Shown: positions 61,422 through 64,000 of the stretch, one piece after another | Numbering within the stretch: the first letter of the stretch is position 1 | Layout of the letters: each line of letters begins with the position of its first letter | Source of the DNA: a virus | Reading direction: 5' to 3' (one strand) | DNA length: 64,000 nucleotides | Virus record (IMG/VR): IMGVR_UViG_3300013314_000001 | Location: 1-64,000 of that record | Made by a program: the position numbers and the translations under genes | The notes under the pieces: model-generated | What the model saw: the letters and a program-made list of their open reading frames with translations, nothing else | Told to the model about the DNA's origin: nothing | Database searches by the model: none

Positions 61422-61939
61422 TGACCCCACAAGAATATTTAAGAATGCAGCAGATAGACCAAATGCAAGCTGCACAAGAAGCTGCACGACGACAACCCCA
61501 ACCTAATAGATTAGTTCAAGCTTTACCCTATGCTGCTGCTGCAATTCCTGTAGCTGCTGGTTTATATGGTGCTAATGCTTTAGCCTCTGATGGTAATGAA
61601 ACTTGGCAGCGCACTGCTGAGAACACCGCAGGTAACTTAGCTGGTGGTTTAGCTGGTGCTTACGCTGGTTCTAGGTTTGGTCTTCCTGGCGCTGTAGTTG
61701 GTGGGATAGCTGGTGCTTTGGGCGGTGGTTATGTGAGCGATCGCATTGCTGACCAGTTCGACCCAAACGACGGACAAGCAATGAGTTTACTTGATGCACA
61801 CTTACAAGCTCAACCGGGAAATCCCTATGAGCAAGAGGCACAGCTGCGTCAACAGATACAACAAGTGCAAATGGCTCAACGTCAGCAACAAGCCGCAATG
61901 AGACAACAAGCGATGCAACAGTATCAAGGACAGCAGTAA
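61421..61939 (+). CDS. glycine-zipper / Q-rich protein
   Basis: GGLAGAYAGSRFGLPGAVVGGIAGALGGGYV, and a C-terminal QQIQQVQMAQRQQQAAMRQQAMQQYQGQQ. Confidence 0.5.
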   Translation: MTPQEYLRMQQIDQMQAAQEAARRQPQPNRLVQALPYAAAAIPVAAGLYGANALASDGNETWQRTAENTAGNLAGGLAGAYAGSRFGLPGAVVGGIAGALGGGYVSDRIADQFDPNDGQAMSLLDAHLQAQPGNPYEQEAQLRQQIQQVQMAQRQQQAAMRQQAMQQYQGQQ

Positions 61940-62082
61940 TGGAACTTTTAATTAAGCAACAAACCGATTTACTTTTAGCACTTCAGCTAATAAGACCATC
62001 TCATTGTGAAGAAGCTGAACAGTTAGCTAATGCTATTCATACAGCTTACGGAATTTTAATCAGATTGAAAACTGCTAATTAA
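61939..62082 (+). CDS. small protein, not in ORF track
   Basis: 47 aa, MELLIKQQTDLLLALQLIRPSHCEEAEQLANAIHTAYGILIRLKTAN. TAATG coupling with the upstream gene. Confidence 0.3.
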   Translation: MELLIKQQTDLLLALQLIRPSHCEEAEQLANAIHTAYGILIRLKTAN

Positions 62083-62091
62083 TAATAAATT

Positions 62092-62121
62092 CCCCCTAGA
62101 TTAACCACAGGTACTAGGGGG
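62092..62121 (+). promoter_or_regulatory. hairpin enclosing the capsid-gene Shine-Dalgarno sequence
   Basis: CCCCCTAG(62092-62099)/CTAGGGGG(62114-62121). The 3' arm is the SD, 2 nt before ATG 62124. Confidence 0.5.
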
Positions 62122-62123
62122 AA

Positions 62124-62315
62124 ATGTCAAACCAATCATGTCTGCCTTTAACATTCCTTATAAGAGGTAGACAATTGTTTATTGATCCAGATTTTCCAAT
62201 CTTACTTGGACAAGAACTTTACCGTCCTGATGCCAAGTACATTCTCAAGTATGTTACCCGCCCTCGTGTTAAACATGAGTTCTTTAAGGGACCGGGTGAC
62301 AACGTTCAACTCGAT
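62124..62315 (+). CDS. major capsid protein, exon 1
   Basis: 64 codons ending ...GPGDNVQLD. The TAA that closes the ORF is the first triplet of a group I intron. The last exon bases ACTCGAT pair with GTCGAGT (62323-62329) to form P1 with a terminal U.G. Confidence 0.65.
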
Positions 62316-62687
62316 TAAATTTGGTCGAGTATAAACGGGATGAATTGCTGGAACCCCACGTAACCAAAGGGCAATCAGCAGCCAAGCTTAACCAGGAATG
62401 GTTTTGAAGGTTCAGAGACTAACAGCCGAGTCTAGAACAGACAGTAATGTTGACACGAGCCTCCCGGTACTAAAGTTAAAGGAAGAAGGAGAGAATCGAA
62501 CTCCCTGCATCAGGGTATTGAATATTTGGCTTCACCCCTATGTCTAGCCAATTACAGCCTTACAGATTCGGCATCAATCACTAACCATTACTGATTGCTT
62601 CTTCCACGCTTAGTATATGATATAGTCCCAGCCTTCAGCGATCGCAAAGCTGGAGTTACAGGATAAAGAGCCTGTATATAAGGAATG
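62316..62687 (+). ncRNA. group I self-splicing intron (no internal ORF)
   Basis: The core elements occur in canonical order: P AATTGCTGGAA (62343-62353), Q AATCAGCAGCC (62373-62383), R GGTTCAGAGACTAACA (62409-62424) and S GATATAGTCC (62619-62628). P4 pairs TTGCTG/CAGCAG and P7 pairs GACTA/TAGTC. P9-like hairpins lie at 62628-62653 and 62658-62675. The 3' boundary (G62687 or G62702) is inferred. Confidence 0.7.
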
Positions 62688-63698
62688 CGTTACAAATTTT
62701 GGGGTACCGGCGATGACGGTTACACCAAAGCATCACGAGAACGGTCTGATACTCAGACCATCGGCGTAAGCAGTTCTCGACGGATTGAGAAAGATAAAAT
62801 CATTCTGACGCTTAAGGAATATACGGGTCCAGCCGACGAGAATGATCCAAATTCTCCTTCCACTTTCCAAATTCCCCTGCGTGTAATCTTAACTGCTCAA
62901 CGCGCACTCTGGGAGTATGGCCAAAAAGCGTTTCATGATTCTATTGGAAGTTCAAATTTATTACAAGACTTCCGCCGTTGGGAAGATAGACTTTATTGCA
63001 ATGAGTTATTAAAGACTAGCTTCACCTATAACCCACGGGGTTTTGCTGATGGTGCAACTGTTAATCTAACTGCTGCTGATACTAATTTTAAAGGACAGCC
63101 ACCTAAGTTTAACGTTGATGACTTAGAGCAAGTAGTTGCGGATATGACGACTAGGAATTGCCCTTCGTTCGAGGACGGCAATTACGTTTGTGTTTGCGAC
63201 CCATACTTCCTCAAAGACCTTCGCGCTGATAGCAAGTTCTTAGAAGTAAGTCGTTACCCGACGATGGTTCCCATTGGCGCGATGACTCCCGGTGCTGGTA
63301 GTATGTCACCTCCGCAAGTACCCTTTAACTCACCTTGGGCACAAGGGTTAATGGCTGGACAAGCCGTTGATGTGCAGGGTCAAACAATGATGCCTTCGGG
63401 CTTTTGCTTCGATGGTGTGCGGTTCTTCGTAAGCACTAATCTACCTAAAGCACAAGTCACAGTCAACTATACTAATCCAGTAAGCGCGGTCGCTGGCAGT
63501 GCTACTCGCGTTGGTAACTTAGGCATCTTCTTTGGTGCTGAAGCGATTGGCGTTGGTCTGGGTGGGGCTGGGCCAGAAATACTTCTCAACAACAATGACG
63601 ATTTTCAGAGGTTCGTGATTGCTATTTGGAGACTCTACGGAAGTTGGGAACTCCTTGATGAACGGTTCGTCTCGGTTTGTAGGTCTTATACAACCTAG
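62688..63698 (+). CDS. major capsid protein, exon 2 (HK97-fold-like)
   Basis: 336 codons. Placed last in the portal-scaffold-capsid order and followed by a strong terminator. The in-frame junction ...GDNVQLD|RYKFWGTGDD is predicted. An in-frame TAA at 62679-62681 blocks any earlier junction. Confidence 0.65.
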   Translation, partial: RYKFWGTGDDGYTKASRERSDTQTIGVSSSRRIEKDKIILTLKEYTGPADENDPNSPSTFQIPLRVILTAQRALWEYGQKAFHDSIGSSNLLQDFRRWEDRLYCNELLKTSFTYNPRGFADGATVNLTAADTNFKGQPPKFNVDDLEQVVADMTTRNCPSFEDGNYVCVCDPYFLKDLRADSKFLEVSRYPTMVPIGAMTPGAGSMSPPQVPFNSPWAQGLMAGQAVDVQGQTMMPSGFCFDGVRFFVSTNLPKAQVTVNYTNPVSAVAGSATRVGNLGIFFGAEAIGVGLGGAGPEILLNNNDDFQRFVIAIWRLYGSWELLDERFVSVCRSYTT

Positions 63699-63783
63699 TA
63701 TAGAGCTTTTAAAGCTAGTTGCTCAAGTTATGAAAAAGATTATTTGAGCATTGTATTTGAGATGATGCCATGATAATATAAAG

Positions 63784-63812
63784 AAAGCCCGGTGAGTTAG
63801 ACCGGGCTTTTA
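63784..63812 (+). terminator. rho-independent terminator after the capsid gene
   Basis: AAAGCCCGGT(63784-63793)/ACCGGGCTTT(63801-63810) plus a T-run. Confidence 0.85.
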
Positions 63813-63834
63813 ATTAATTACTGGATTTAATCTC

Positions 63835-64000
63835 ATGCTAGTTGATCAAGAAACTCTGCGACGCTTTTGGTCTAAGGTAGATGTCAAAGGTGAAGATGAC
63901 TGTTGGCTATGGACTGCTGCAACTTCTACAGTCGGTAAATCTGTAATGGGTAAGTGGTCGCCACCCCGATACACAGACTTAAGCTTTCAAGCAGTAAGAG
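63835..64000 (+). CDS. HNH homing-type endonuclease, 5' part (truncated by window end)
   Basis: MLVDQETLRRFWSKVDVKGEDDCWLWTAATST... parallels the N-terminus of ORF 37668..38174 (LTPDVLERFWSKVEKADGCWLWKAGTTT). Confidence 0.6.
   Translation, partial: MLVDQETLRRFWSKVDVKGEDDCWLWTAATSTVGKSVMGKWSPPRYTDLSFQAVR

Noticed and set aside
62481-62604. A tRNA gene on the minus strand (good acceptor, D and T arms).
   Set aside because: About 70 nt occupy the anticodon/variable region with no 5-bp anticodon stem. It lies antisense inside a group I intron. It is kept only as a curiosity and is not annotated as a tRNA.
1-64000. DNA polymerase, primase/helicase of DnaB type, endolysin/holin, tail tube/tape measure, rRNA and tmRNA.
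   Set aside because: I searched the ORF translations by eye for Pol A/B motifs (DxxSLYPS, YGDTDS), DnaB/DnaG motifs, and lysozyme/amidase signatures. None was recognised. These genes may lie outside the window or be too divergent to see without profile searches.

Overview
The window is a compact, AT-rich segment of a temperate cyanophage or prophage. It is rich in the cyanobacterial HIP1 octamer GCGATCGC, which points to a HIP1-rich cyanobacterial host. I saw no cellular housekeeping genes, rRNA, canonical tRNA or CRISPR array. Layout: (i) 1-3.5 kb holds the end of a structural module, with fibre-like ORFs and an SGNH-esterase fibre. (ii) 3.5-11.9 kb holds small regulators (RHH/HTH), small membrane proteins and a membrane-anchored P-loop ATPase. 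(iii) Long minus-strand early/replication blocks (11.9-17.7 and 21.9-41.1 kb) carry a UvrD-like helicase, tandem-OB SSB, ArdC-like protein, methyltransferase, HNH endonucleases, a 1429-aa orphan protein and a 772-aa polymerase-like protein. They are interrupted by a plus-strand regulator/replication block (18-22 kb). (iv) 42-45 kb holds a tyrosine integrase, a hairpin-bounded Avd-like four-helix-bundle cassette and a sigma-70-family factor. (v) 45-64 kb holds plus-strand morphogenesis genes: Q/N-rich and glycine-zipper proteins, TerS, TerL, portal, a scaffold-like protein and the major capsid protein. This module is split by a minus-strand accessory island at 54.2-57.3 kb. Main second-look items: (1) The 772-aa ORF has the double-psi-beta-barrel signature (DFDGD) of cellular RdRP / YonO / crAss-like virion RNAPs. 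(2) Two families of strictly minus-strand conserved motifs exist: a 28-32-nt promoter-like element in 7 copies, and an 11-mer gene-boundary element GGCTAACGCCT in 15 perfect plus 3 degenerate copies that often supplies the stop codon. (3) A group I intron, with P/Q/R/S core elements and a U.G P1, splits the capsid gene, and an HNH gene lies next to it. (4) A hairpin-bounded Avd-like cassette has a miniature ORF-less copy. (5) Lambda-O-like palindromic iterons sit inside a winged-helix gene. All functional calls rest on motif recognition by eye; no database search was possible.
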